A DNA stretch of 64,000 nucleotides from Camelus dromedarius. Lineage: Eukaryota. The notes beneath the pieces are model-generated. The model worked only from the letters and a program-made list of their open reading frames with translations. It was not told the DNA's origin and ran no database searches. A program made the position numbers and the translations under genes. Below are positions 12,121 through 42,150 of the stretch, piece after piece. How positions within the stretch are numbered: position 1 is the first letter of the stretch; each line of letters begins with the position of its first letter. The stretch is from contig NC_087437.1 in assembly GCF_036321535.1 (NCBI RefSeq), positions 106,146,001-106,210,000 on the forward strand, in the 5' to 3' direction.

Positions 12121-13061
12121 CACCTCCTAGAGGTTTTTCTTTGGGCAGAACTCACCATGGACTCCAGCACACTGAGAAAGCTGTGCACCAGGAACAGGGA
12201 GACTGGACTCCAGGAAGAAGGAGATCCCACCCAGGGAAGAAAGAAGATCTCTGGATGAAACCTACGCACCCAGCTCGGAAGGCAAGGGGTTCAACCTGGA
12301 ACGGGAAGAACTTTTTTGGCAAAATCATTTTAAAGCCTGATAATCAAGACTTGCCCAAGGCAGGGGAAGCCGGCGCCCTCAGACACTGTTGTTGGGATGG
12401 CCATCTGACAAACCCTTCTGCAGGCTAGGTTCTGGCAGCATCTGTCAAGAATTCCACTACCAGAAATCTATTCCTACAAAACTACTCACAGGAGAGGCAG
12501 TGTGTAGTACCGAAGGGCATGAGAGTGAAATTACCTGGGTCCAAATTCTGGCTTTGCTACTCGCCAGTTCTATGTTCTCCAGTTTCCTCATTTACAAAAG
12601 GGACTCACCTTCTCAACAGGTTGTCGTCAGGATTATATAAGAGATTCCACATGAAAAGCTTAGCACAATGGCCAGTATACAGTAAATACTCAGCTAACTC
12701 AGTAAATAGTTTATCTATCTACCTACAAAACACTTGCCATTTTGCACAAGGGTGTTTACTACCCTACTGTTCAAAATAGCAAAAAATGGATACTAGTATG
12801 ATCCTATTTATGTTTTTTGAAGATTACATTTGCATTTGTACATATATGTTTATACATGTAGAAAAAAGGACTGAAAGAAGAAAACATGTCGAAGTTTTAC
12901 ACCTGGGGAGTAAGGGTGGACAGGGTTGTTTCTATGTAAAATTGTTACTGTGAACATGGTTGTTTTATCCTTTAGAGAAAGAAAAAAGTAAACATCAGTG
13001 TAAATCTTAAGGCAGAAAACGATAATCTTTATAAGCACACACAAACATCACATAGAAAACT

Positions 13062-13067
13062 TTTATT
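13062..13067 (-). promoter_or_regulatory. MRPL39 polyadenylation signal (short 3' UTR)
   Basis: AATAAA on the minus strand, overlapping an ATTAAA, about 36 nt after the stop codon and followed by GT-rich TATGTGATGTTTGTGTGTGC. Confidence 0.8.
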
Positions 13068-13103
13068 TTAATTTACTATACATATTTAAGTCAGAGAGAG
13101 TTA

Positions 13104-30260
<17,157 letters not shown>

Positions 30261-30390
30261 GTCCTCTCCCGCAGCCGCAGGAACCGCGGCGCACAGGTCC
30301 TTTTCCGGCTTCTTCCCCGGAAACTCCGAACACGCACCCCGGGTTCCGCACGACAGTTTCGTTCCGGGCCCGGCTCTCTGACTGCGCCCG

Positions 30391-30404
30391 CCACCAGGGG
30401 GCGC
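30391..30404 (+). promoter_or_regulatory. CTCF motif
   Basis: CCACCAGGGGGCGC, a match to the CTCF core consensus. Confidence 0.7.
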
Positions 30405-31232
30405 GTTCGTACCCCGCCGAGAGTCAGTCGTGGGAGGTCCGGTGTCTGAAGCCGGGAGGGTGACCCAGAGGTGCCGGGCCCCTGGTAGGGCGGCCGGTCC
30501 GCCACCCCGAGGGCTCTGCGGGGAGACAAGCGTCCCCAAAGAGCCCGTCACGCACCATCATTCTCCGCCGTCCGCGGGTTCGAGCCCGGCCGGCTGGGCG
30601 AAGCCCTTGCTTCTCGCGAAGAATATTTCTGGAGAGAAAAATTAAGGAAAACCGGCTTCGGGTTACTCTTACCTTCGTGGTCAGCCCAGCCAGCCCCGCC
30701 GATGACATCTTCTAGGTCGTGGCTTAATTCGATTTTGCAAGGGTGAGTTCTCCGGTTGGTCTGCGCCCGGCTTCTCCATTTTTTAGCCATAGTGATGCGG
30801 ACCTACCTCAAAATGCGTCATGACATTGGAGGAAACTTTGTAATCCGTGGAGGGCTTTCCAAATTATCTAGGTTAGTTTGTATACGATAGAGATAGAGAG
30901 CATGTTAGAAGACATCCCGGGGCGGAATTTTTGTCTCTTTTCATTGATGGATCCCAAGTGCCCAGAACACAGCGTGGCACACAGTAGGCGCTCAGTGTAT
31001 ATATTCGTTATTCAACTGAGTGCTCTTGCAAAAAGTTCCAGCGCAGTGTCTGATTCCTTTGTCCTACTAGGATGTTGTTGCTATTGAAGTGAGCCCTCCA
31101 TAGGTGACGAATGGAAATGCTGTTACTCAAAGTTGCTTATGGCTCTGGCTTTGCTTAAATCAGTAAGTTGACAAATTCCGCCCACGGCCTTTTCCTCCGC
31201 TCAGCTCCTTTACTCGCAATGGAAATACACCG

Positions 31233-31246
31233 CCACCAGGTGGAGG
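31233..31246 (+). promoter_or_regulatory. CTCF-like motif
   Basis: CCACCAGGTGGAGG. Confidence 0.5.
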
Positions 31247-32399
31247 TAATGGCTAAGGAACTAACGCCGCCCTAAGACTGCCTCTTGTGGGGGAATTGGG
31301 GGGAAGGTGGTCGTAGGGTACCAACATACAGTTGTAGGATAAATAAGAACTGGGGATGTAACGTAAACATAATCACTGTAATTAACAATGCCGTATGGTA
31401 TATTTGAAAGTTGCTAAAAGAGGAAATCCTAAAAGTTTTCATCCCAGGAAAACAAAATTTGTTTTTGTAAGTACAGGAGGTTGATGGATGTTAACTAAAC
31501 TTATTGTGGTAATCATTTTGCAGTATATGCATGCGTCAATCATTATGCTGTATACCTTAAACAGTGTGGTAATCAGTTATAAAACTGGAGGGAAAAAAAA
31601 AAGGCTGTCTTGATAGATCCTGTCTCCTTAGCCCAAATTTTACATTCACAACAACTGCATAGGGAAAGTGTAGCTATCTTCACTTATAAAATGAAAAATG
31701 TGTGTAAGTATCCAAGCTTGGATTTCAACCCAGGCTGCATTTCACTAGGCCACCTCTCATTTAAGATCTTACTTCAAAACATGAAATATACATACGTCGA
31801 CATATTTGTGTGATGTCTGTTATGGTGTGTGTGTATATCTTTTGCTTCTGCCTTAAATTTGTGTACAATTATCCCTGGTCTTTGTTTCACTGGCATTTTA
31901 GAGTCTGTCCCCTTTTAACCTTTTCTAGTTGCCTTCAGAACATTTTAGAGCAATCTTTAAGCAAAGCCTCAGAACATAAAATTTAAACTAGTTTAATCAT
32001 AAATTGCATTGGAAGTAGCAATTGGAAGTCACAAGCATCACAAGTTAACTTGTTTGCAAGGATGTCAGTAATGATAATGTTGATAATGTTGATAATGTTG
32101 TTCAACAAATGTTGAACATGTGCCAGACATATTGAACATTCCAATCTATCAGGTTTATTAATTCTCACAACCTACTCATACAATATGCATACTAATCTTC
32201 ATTTTGTAGGAAAGGAAATTCAGATTTTGAGAGCTTGGGAAACCTACCTGAGGTAGAGCTTTGGCCAAGAATCCACCAAAATATTTCCTTACCCTAAATT
32301 TCCATTCTTGCCTTTTTCTCCAAAAAAAGGACCTTCTCCCCAAATCTTAGTCTCATTCTCTCAGTCTCCCTCCCAAGTTAAAAAAAAAAAAAAATCAGA

Positions 32400-33560
32400 T
32401 CTGTGGCAGCAGATATCTAAGGTGAGTATGGAGCATCTTACTGTGCCAGAAGGCAAGAAAATACTCAAAGACAGAAGAAAACATAATACAAGGACACAGG
32501 ATCCAGCTGGAAGGGGCTCCCAGCGTACTGATTTAGAATAGTTTAAATAAAAAGAATAATGATGAAGGATGATAACATTAGATGTGTTAAAAATCCACGA
32601 GCCTATAGTGATACTCAGAATGAATGATGGTAGAGAGTGGAGAGGAAGTCTTCTTTACAAAAGAACACCAGATAATACACAGAGTAGGACTAACAGGATG
32701 GGGGGAACCACCATGCTGCAACTACCAATGAAATGATTAATTCAGGAAGGGATCACCTATGGAGGCTAAAACCAATGGGGAAAGTTTGAGGGTTAGGATA
32801 TTCACATAGTATCTAAATATCACCCCACAGATTACTAACAAAACATAAAGGGATAAAAGAAACTTTTCGATGGAGAAATCTAGTGGATACCACCTTAACA
32901 AAGTGAGCAAACGTATCACCACCCAAAACGGGACAATCTGACATTATGTGTGCCCCCTGGTTGTGATATAAACATCACCCATGTAGTATTCCTACCATAA
33001 ATATTGACCCTGAAACTAAAGAATTATGAGGAAGAAAACTCAGATATATCTAGAATATGATACATTCTACAAACAGCTGGCCTGAACTCCTCAAAAATAT
33101 CAGTTTCATGAAAGATGGACCCAAAAAGTTCAGGGAACTGCTCTAAATTAAAGGAAACTAAAGAGACATACAGCTAATTCCTGGGTATGACCCTCACTTG
33201 GATCTTGGATCAGAAAGAAGGAAAAATGTACAAAGGATATTATTATGACAGAAAAATTTGAATATGAAATGTATACTAAATAATATTATTGTATCAATGT
33301 TGTACTTCTTGGATATGATCATTGTATTGTGGTGATAGAGGAGAAAGTCCTCATTCTTAGCATATAAGTTTGAAATATTTAGGGGTGAAGGATCATTATG
33401 CCTATAAGTAACTCTCAAATGGTTCAGTAAATATAGAGAGGGAGCAAGAGAAATTAAACAAATGTGGCAAAATGTTAACAACTGGTGAAGCTAAGTCAAG
33501 TGTTGATTACTACTCTTTCAACTTTATTCTCAATTTTTTTCCAAATCCAAAATTGAGGGG
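32400..33560 (+). mobile_element. L1MC/MD-like 3' UTR fragment
   Basis: Typical motifs GGAGAAATCTAGTGGATACCACCTTAAC and CAAATGTGGCAAAATGTTAACAACTGGTGAA. Confidence 0.6.
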
Positions 33561-33898
33561 GAAGAACCACCCTTGTTTACAACTCCCGAAAGTTGGTTTT
33601 GCTCACATCGCGTGTGAGGGGCAGCAGCTCCAGGCCCTCTGTGGCTCTGCAATGTTATTCCAGAATCCAGGCTGGAGCAGCAGCCCCCACTGAGGACTTC
33701 CGGTTCTATGGCAGAGAGGAAAGAGAACAGGACGACTCAGTGCACTGGCTCTTCAGAGCTTCTGCTCACACCCACCTGATTCTCAGCCCCCTACCCCCAA
33801 GTCCCACGGCCAAGCCCAGTGGCATCCGGCAGGAGATGCATGCCTTCGGCAGGGAGCCAGTGAACAAGGGTACAGAATTCTTCAGGAAGAAAAGCATG

Positions 33899-33995
33899 AG
33901 GGTGGGTGTAGCTCAGTCAGTGGTAGAGTGCACGTTGAGCATGCACAGCACGCATGAAGTCCTGGGTTCAATTCCCAGGACTCCCCAAAAAAGAA
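33899..33995 (+). mobile_element. tRNA-derived SINE
   Basis: GTAGCTCAG...GTGGTAGAG...GGGTTCAATTCCC; GAAGAAAAGC flanks. Confidence 0.8.
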
Positions 33996-36619
33996 GAAAA
34001 GCTAAACACTGAAACCTAGAATCCAGTAGCACCGTTACTCTCCCAAGATCACAAGATGACCTGGGACTTAAATGTGGAGCGACCTCCAAAGCCTATGTTT
34101 TCTTTTTTCTCAAATGTGTATGTCTTTTTAATCTTACATCTTCAAATCATTATACATCTACTTGCTTGGAAAATCAAAGAATATCATAAGGTAGATGGTG
34201 AAAAGTTGCCTCCCGGCTTCTGCCCCATTCACAAGTTCTTACCAAAACCTCACAGGGGGTACCGCTGTTACTGATTTCTTTCATAATTTCTTACATATCT
34301 CTGAGAGTTCTTGAGGCCTCAGTCTGCTAACCCAAATGGATATTCTTATTTTCCACTCTTTTTGACCCAAAATGCAAATAATGTTTATTTAAAATACTAA
34401 TAATTAAGTCGTGAAAACTATAAATTGAATCACAAGTTGAAGAGATAGTAAGGAGCATTTATTCCACATACCTCTCTACCTCGTTTAATAGAGAAGATGA
34501 GCTACAGAAAGGCTAGTGTTTGGCTCAAGGTCATACTGAATGCCAGTGTAGCATCTGGCAGGACTGGAAACCTCAGGGCATGCGAAAAATGCCAGGACTC
34601 CTGAAATTGGCATGTGTTCTTTAAAATGCTCTGGATCATCCCACCCACGGCAGCCACACCAAATCCTTCATTTCACAGCGCTGTGAACACTGAAAGAATT
34701 CTCCCATTTGCTTAGGATTTCAAAGATGTACTAATCCCTCAAACACATGTTAATGTGGATTGTCTTTGATGAAAAAGGACAAATACATTCTCCAGAAGTA
34801 AGCCCCTCCTTCAGCGCTCCCCCCACCCTGTCCTATTTCAGAGTGAGAAAGATCACTACACACTCAGAGCTTTTTAGAATGGGGGCTCGTGTCCCTGCAG
34901 GGTGAGGTGAAAATTAACTAAGGTCATGCCCTTTTGATGAAACAGAATGCTGTCCCCCAGAATCGCTCTTTCTTAATTATACACAACCTTTTTTCCACTC
35001 TTGATTGCTATTTTAAACTCTTGACTTCCCCTGTCTTATCCCTTATGCCTTGGCTGTGACATTTACATGCCCTCTCTCTGCTCCCCAGCATCCAATCTTC
35101 ACAGATCCTGGGAAGAACACACAGGCTCAGTCATGATCACCCAAAGCCACCGTCACCCACAGACCAACTCATGAAATACAGTATTGTGAGGAGAAAAAGC
35201 CTGAGTTAGATCCCAGATCTCCACTTAGCCCTGTGGCCTTGGGCCAGTTGGACCATAATGTACATAACTATGCTTTCTTTGATGTACACTTAGGATATTT
35301 GAGATACTTTGCAGCAGTGAGCATCTATGTATCTAAAATCTGTGCACTGGTGTACAAATTTCTGCAGAGGTTCCTCGCAGTGGAATTGCTTGGTCAAGGG
35401 TATATCGTTTGAAATATTGGCAAGTGCTTCCAACGTGTCCATCAAAGCCATTAACATACAAGACAAAGCAGAAATAATATTTATTCCAGATGATAGCTGC
35501 AAATATTATCATAGTGGTAAAAGGCTACACTTTCATGCATCTTCGAATTTGTAACTAAAGTGCAAGGTCAGACCCTCTAATCTTGCACATTTTGTGTTTC
35601 AGATGCAAGAACTTTTTTAACCTAGCCAAGCATTAACCTGTTCAAGTACGACATTTATTTGTCAGAGTCATCAAGGAAAATGCAAACTCAGGGCCAATAA
35701 TTTCAACTTCTGTCAATCTTTGCTTCAAAGTACTGAACTTTATCTCTAAATCCCATTATAAAGGCTTACACCACATAGTTGCATATCTTTGATTAGAATG
35801 AGTTGATCTAATTAGACTTTTCCTCCAGACTCTGTCTCAACTATTTTTACATTTTTTATTACTGTTTTACATTACACAAACAGCATACTCTCTCTGTAAA
35901 AGTCTAGACATTAGGAACATGTAAGGAGTTTAGCATGAAAAATCATCCTTCTCAATGTTGCTGTGCTGTGTATCTATATATCTATAGCTAAGTCTCAGAT
36001 ATTTTTATTTTTTAATCCATTATTTAATGTCTAACTGCTCTATATTGACATTATTCAGGTTATTCAAATAACTCTCCAAGTAGAAGGGGCAAAAGCAATG
36101 AAATGTAGGGACAAGAATAATGAAATAGTAACTCCCTGGACAATTCTCTCTGTAACAACTGTGGGAGTATTTTGATAACTGTTGGCAGCAGGACACTGCA
36201 CGTGATGTGGGGAAGGAAACCTTGGCATTCAAACAAGCAAATGGTTTGGCGACAGTTTGTTAAATTTCTGCCACGCTTGCAAATGCCAGTAACAATTTCT
36301 CAGACTATGGGATTATTACATGTGACAGGTTTGGGAATGTTTCACAATTGTCATCAAATAAATCACCTGCCAAAATTAAAAATTATATGGACTTTTTTAA
36401 TAATTGTCACTACTAAAACAAAAGCTCACTGGAGTTGATGTATTTAACTTGCACATTTTGGGTGTTTGCCACAGAATCAGAGGCCAAGCAAAAACATCCA
36501 TGTAAAATTATAAATCAATCTTACTGGTAGGTTTCTATCGAACTATTACATCTTCTTCAGGCCAAAAGTAGCCCACATTCCTTCCTAAACTTAGAGCTGT
36601 AAAGGTCTACATTAAATGA

Positions 36620-37630
36620 GATTTCAGGTCAATAGCCAATGCCACACCTTAAGGAAGTAGAATAAGAAGAGTGTGCTAAACCCAAACCTAGCAGAACAAA
36701 AGGCAATAATAAAGTAGAGATGAATGAAATAGAGAACCAAAAAACAACAGAGAAAATCAGTAATACCAAAAATTGGCTCTTTGAAAAAAATAAACAAAAT
36801 TGACAAACCTTTAACTAGACTGACCAAGAAAAAGAGAGAGAAAACACATATTACTAAAATCAAGAATGAAAGAGGGTGCATTACTGCCAACCTCAAAGTA
36901 ATAAAATGGGTTATAAGGAAAGCTATGAACAACTATGTGCCAGCAAATTAAATAACTTAGATGAAATGGACTAATTCCTAGAAAGACACAAAGTACCAAA
37001 ACTGATGCCAGAAGAAATAGAAAATAAACCTATAACAAGTAAAGAAATCAAATTAGTAATTTTCAAACTTCCTACCAATAAAAGACCAGGTTCAGATGTT
37101 TTACTGGTTAAGTTGGCCAAACATTTGAAGAAGAATCAATACTAATTTTTTACAAACTCTTCCAAAAGATAAAAGAGGCAGGAAAATTTTCCAACTCATT
37201 TTATGAGGCTAGAATTACTCTGACACCAAAACCAGAAAAAGATGTCACAAGAAAAAAAATACAGACCAATATCCTTTATGAATATTGATGCAAAAAAAAC
37301 CCCAACAAAATACTAGCAAATTCAACCCAATAATATGTAAAAAGATAATACACGGTGACCAAGTGAAAGAAGGCCATTACAAAAGAGCACATACTGTATG
37401 ATTCAATTTATATTGAACGTTCATAATAGGAAAGGAGGTTGGGAAATTGGGTGAAGGGTTACCACTAATGGGTATTAGGTTGCCTTTAGAAAGGACAAAA
37501 ATATTCTAAAATCAGATGTGGTAATGGTTGCACATTCCTCTAAGTATATTAAACAACGTAGAATTTACACTTTAAGTGGGTGAATTATATAGTGTGTGAA
37601 TTGTATTTTAATAATGCTGTTTTTAAAAAC
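36620..37630 (+). mobile_element. L1 ORF2 fragment followed by an L1 3' piece
   Basis: TTGACAAACCTTTAACTAGACTGACCAAG, CAACTCATTTTATGAGGC and ACAGACCAATATCCTTTATGAATATTGATGCAAAA (reverse-transcriptase region), frameshifted. Confidence 0.85.
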
Positions 37631-37910
37631 TTCCTGACCCATCTGGCTGGCCTTTTGAAAGGATGCCTTATTCCTAGTCCCTTGGTCATGACAGCTGCCT
37701 GCCTCTTCCCATCAACCTTAACATCCCCTGGAGAGAGGACACAGGCTGGGTCCTGACCACCCAAAAGTGCCCCGTACTAGCTGGATGCACCCGGCATACA
37801 CTGCCTGTAAGAGAAAAGAAGATTGCATGTGCTCTGGGACCACAGTGCTGGTGTTCAAACCCCTCCTCTCCAGTTCCTAGCCCTTGACTTGTATTACAGT
37901 TCAATTACAT

Positions 37911-38626
37911 GGGAGTGTAGTTTGGTGCAGTCATTACAGAAAACAGTATGGAGATTCCTCAAGAAAACTAAAAATAGACTTACCTTATGATCCAGCAATC
38001 CAACTTCTGGGTATATATCCAAAGGGAACTCCAATGTGAAAAGATTCATGCACAATGTTCATAGCACCACTATATACAACAGCCAAGACATGGAAGCAAC
38101 CTAAACGTCCATCGACAGATGACTGGATAAAGAAGTTGTAGTATATTTATACAATGGAATACTACTCTGCCATAAAAAAGGATAAAATAATGCCATTTGC
38201 AGCAACATGGATGGACCTAGAGATCATCATTCTAAGTGAAGTAAGCCAGAAAGAGAAAGGAAAATACCATATGATATCACTCATATGTGGAATCTTAAAA
38301 AAAAAAAAAAGAACTAGGATGCTATGAACTCATTTACAAAACAGACTTGCAGACTTAGTAAACAATATTATATTATGGTTACCGGGGAAAGCAAGTGGGA
38401 TGGGATAAATTTGGAAGTTTGAGATTTACAAATGTTAGCCATTATACATAAAAATAGATTAAAATTTTTTTCTTTTGTATAGTACAGGGAACTATGCTCA
38501 ATATCTTATAATAACCTTTAATGGAAAAAATATGAAAATGAATATATGTATGTATATGCGTGATTGGGACATTGTGCTGTACAAAGAGATTGACACATTG
38601 TAATTGACTGTACTTCAGTTAAAAAA
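37911..38626 (+). mobile_element. Young L1 3' end
   Basis: ORF2 C-terminus and 3' UTR (CCATTTGCAGCAACATGGATGGACCTAGAG). Confidence 0.9.
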
Positions 38627-39864
38627 GTTTATTTGCACCTCATGCTTCCAATTAATCATATGAAAAATTGGAGTAATTATACTATCTTACAGCACTTGGG
38701 GACAAGTAAAGCAGATAGTACATAGAAGGTGTTTAGCACTAGATGGGGTACGCTCAGTAAGATTGTTGTTGTTACTGGGAGTGCCTCAGCATATGAAACT
38801 CTGACCCTCCTGGGACTGGTTCTGGCCCAGCTTTGGAAGATTTCTCACTCTGTTTCTCCTGGAGATGACAGCACGTGCTTCACTGGGCTCCCCAACCCAG
38901 AAGAAGGCTCTCGGCCTCTTTGCTGGTGGCCTTGGGCTGGTGGCGCAGACATTTGGGCATCAGAAGTAGTTTAGCACACATCCATAGTTAAATGCAATTA
39001 CACATCTTTTAATTTTAAAATTTGAAATTTTCTACATTTTTTTAATTTTTAAATTTTCTATATACCAACTAAAGGGACGCATTATCCCATTCTTAGAAAA
39101 ATAATCACACATAAAAGTACAAAGAAATGCATGCAGAGGGCAGAGAACATTTAAAACATCAAAAAGGGGGAGTGTGCTTGCAATTCCAGTTTTAAACCTT
39201 CCCCTTATTTGCAATCTGATTGTTTTTTATTCAATTTAGTTTCATTTTCCTGATGGTATAAATTATTTCTGATAATCATTATGTATCTTATCCTCATCCC
39301 TTTCCTTTACAATCTACAATATTCAGGTGCTTAAAAAGCAAGAAAATTCAACCCAGCCCAGTGTCCTCTTGAATAAAACATTTCTATGGTGTTTGTCAAT
39401 GAGAATTTGAGAATCTGGGTGGATATATAACAGATATCCCAAATGTTGGTGACTGAGTTTTAATTTATTAAATAGGTTGGCTGGCTGGTTTTTATTTTTG
39501 GCAGTTTCGTGAGACTTTTTAATAGTTTAGAGCAGTGGTTCTCAAACTTTTCTTTTATTATACTTTCCCCAAGTAGCTTTTTTAGACATTTTCCTAATGA
39601 CCCTCCCCCCATGACATTTTTAATACCATTGATACACTGTATTTCGGTTTAGGCTTTTTTCACCCCCAACAAAATAATTTTCTCCCTCTGGTGGCAATAC
39701 TTCTCCCATTGAGAATTCAGGGCCAAGAATATTCAGATTTTACACGGTAAGAAAGTATAAGGTGAACTATCTTCCTCAATCAAATGCAGGAGCTTCCTTC
39801 CTCCTGCAGTTCGTTATTTTCAGGTACAGGATGTAGCTATTCAATTACCTTCAAATATCGCCTC

Positions 39865-40025
39865 GCTGTTCAGTGTGGTCCAGGTGTCAGCAGCGTCACC
39901 ATCATCCTGGGAGCTTGTTAGGAATGCAGGCTCTCAGCCTCACCTCAGACCTACTGAATCAGAATCTGCATTTTAACATGATGCTCTATTAATTCAGATG
40001 CCTGTTAGAGTCTGGAAACACTGTT
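39865..40025. mobile_element. MER5A-like hAT DNA transposon fossil
   Basis: CCTGGGAGCTTGTTAGGAATGCAG...CAGACCTACTGAATCAGAATCTGCATTTTAAC. Confidence 0.75.
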
Positions 40026-40184
40026 TTATAGGACAATCCTCTACTCAGTTGGAAAAGATTAAGTTAACATATGAATGGAAAAAAATATGCATAGGCCCTA
40101 AAAATGGGTTTTAAGTCCCCCCCACCCCTCCCCCTCAAGGTCTAATTTAATACACCAAGTTTCTTAAAAGTCATCAATATTATT

Positions 40185-40279
40185 CTTGGGGTTAGGGAGA
40201 TGGTATAGCTCAGGGGTAGAGTGGTTGCCTAGCATGCATTAGGTCCTGGGTTCAACCCCCAGTACCTCCATCAAAGGAG
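40185..40279 (+). mobile_element. tRNA-derived SINE with 18-bp TSD
   Basis: AAAGTCATCAATATTATT at 40167-40184 and 40280-40297. Confidence 0.9.
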
Positions 40280-41724
40280 AAAGTCATCAATATTATTTTT
40301 TAAACTTAGAATTGGGTGTGTTTTGTTTTTTGGGGAAAGGTTAATTTTATTTTCTTCTAAGCAAGTGAATCTCCCGGTGAAGTGTCATCTTGCTGTCCTG
40401 CCTCCTCTTTCTTTCCTTTGCTCTTCTCCCCCAGAGAACAGCAGGGGTGTTAGAATTACTTGGAGAGAACAAGATAAAACGATGAAGTTTCTGTTTTTCT
40501 CCCCCAGTGAATTTGGCCTTCCAACCCGCAGTCAAAGTCTCTGTAAAATTCAACTTGTTTTGAGAAGAATTTCTTCTCTTGGATCCAGTGGGTAAGTGGA
40601 GCCAGTACAAGCAGAGAGATTTTTTTATCTATGTTACTATTTGAAAAATCCAGCAAGTTAGCATAGGGGGAGAGGGTACCAAATTAATTCAAGGCTTTTG
40701 CTTCTTAGTTATGAAGATGAGATTAATTTTTCATTCACTTTTCTTTATGTGTGTGAAATTCTTAAATGTGTAGGAAATTTGTGTAAAACGTTTCAGCCAT
40801 ACAGAAAAGGAAATATAGTATAACAAATGCCAGATACACACTACCTAGGTTAGCAGTTTGCCACATTTTGCTTCTTCCATGTTTTAATGAAATATTTTCT
40901 TTCATTATGTTTTTAAATTGGAATATAGTCGATATATGACATTATGTGAGTTTCAGGTGTACTATACAGTGATTTGGCATGTGCACACATTATGAAATGA
41001 TCACCACAGGAAGTCTGGTAGCCATCTGTCCCTATACATAGTTATTGTAACATTATTAGCCATTTTAATATAAACTACAGATATTATGACATTTCACTCC
41101 TAATTTTTCAGTGTGTATTTTTTTAGAATAATGACATTTTATTACATGAAAACAAGCTACACTTGACTAAACTTTTGAGGTTAAAACTGGAGAGACTTCC
41201 AGTACCACAAAGCTGTCATTATTATTCCCATCACTTCTTCCCTTACCAGCAGAAGAGACAGAAAACTTGGACCTATTAGAATGGGTCCAAGAACCAGCTG
41301 AGACATTATTTTTGGGTGTTTTCAGAGGCGCCCTGACCTCAGAAAGCAAAATTCTCTTTAATTCTAAACTATTGACAAGGACTGTGGTCAAGTTAGACCA
41401 AAGCCAAAGCTCTTCTCATTGAAAAACGCAGTGGAAAGATTCAGCTAAATACCAGGAGCTTTTTCTTAATTAAGAATCTCAGTCAACAGGTTGGAGATTT
41501 TGAATGCAGAAAGGAGGGACGGGAGTGCAGAAAAGGGAAAAGTGACCAGAAGAGAGAAGAAAAGAAACAGATGGTCTTATAAACCCCAACTCAAATGCCA
41601 CAATCAAGGCCTCTCTTTCTTATGTCTCCCTGTGTCCCTTTCTATTCTAACATTCTTGACTTACTAGGGTAAAGTTAAATATACTTTCAATAGTTCATGA
41701 GAGGGAGAGGAAGACTGTGTATAA

Positions 41725-41746
41725 ATGTGTGTGTGTGTGTGTGTGT
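41725..41746. repeat. (TG)n microsatellite
   Basis: TG run. Confidence 0.9.
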
Positions 41747-42061
41747 TCAACAGCTGGGACAGGAGGAGAAAGTGAAAATCTGGACTAGTTGAGTAGAGGT
41801 TGCTTGTCATACTGGTGACTTCCCAGCGGCAATATAATACAGTATTACTATTAGAAGACTTGCTTATTCTTTGTTTCCAAATTTGAAGACTCAAACGTCA
41901 AGATTAATCTAGTTTTATAGTTGGAAATGCCTTTAAAATCACATACCTCAGTCCCATTTTCAGTATATGAGGAGTCAAAGTTTCAAAAGTTTTTGGTGGC
42001 ATATCTAAAAGTGACTTTGGTGGGGGAAATGTAGTTTCTGGAATGGCCAATGTACCTCCAC

Positions 42062-42150
42062 TTTTTTTTTTCGTGGAGGTACTGGGGATTGAACCCAGGC
42101 CCTTAAGCATGCTAAGCACTTGCCCTACCACTGAGCCATCCCCCTCCCCC
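42062..42150 (-). mobile_element. tRNA-derived SINE
   Basis: Poly-T, family core, TSD TGTACCTCCACT/TGTATCTCCACT. Confidence 0.88.

Noticed and set aside
35629..35636. AGCATTAA miR-155 seed match
   Set aside because: Intergenic, not in any supported 3' UTR; expected by chance in 64 kb.
36624..36999. Hydrophobic minus-strand ORFs
   Set aside because: Antisense reading of A-rich L1 ORF2.
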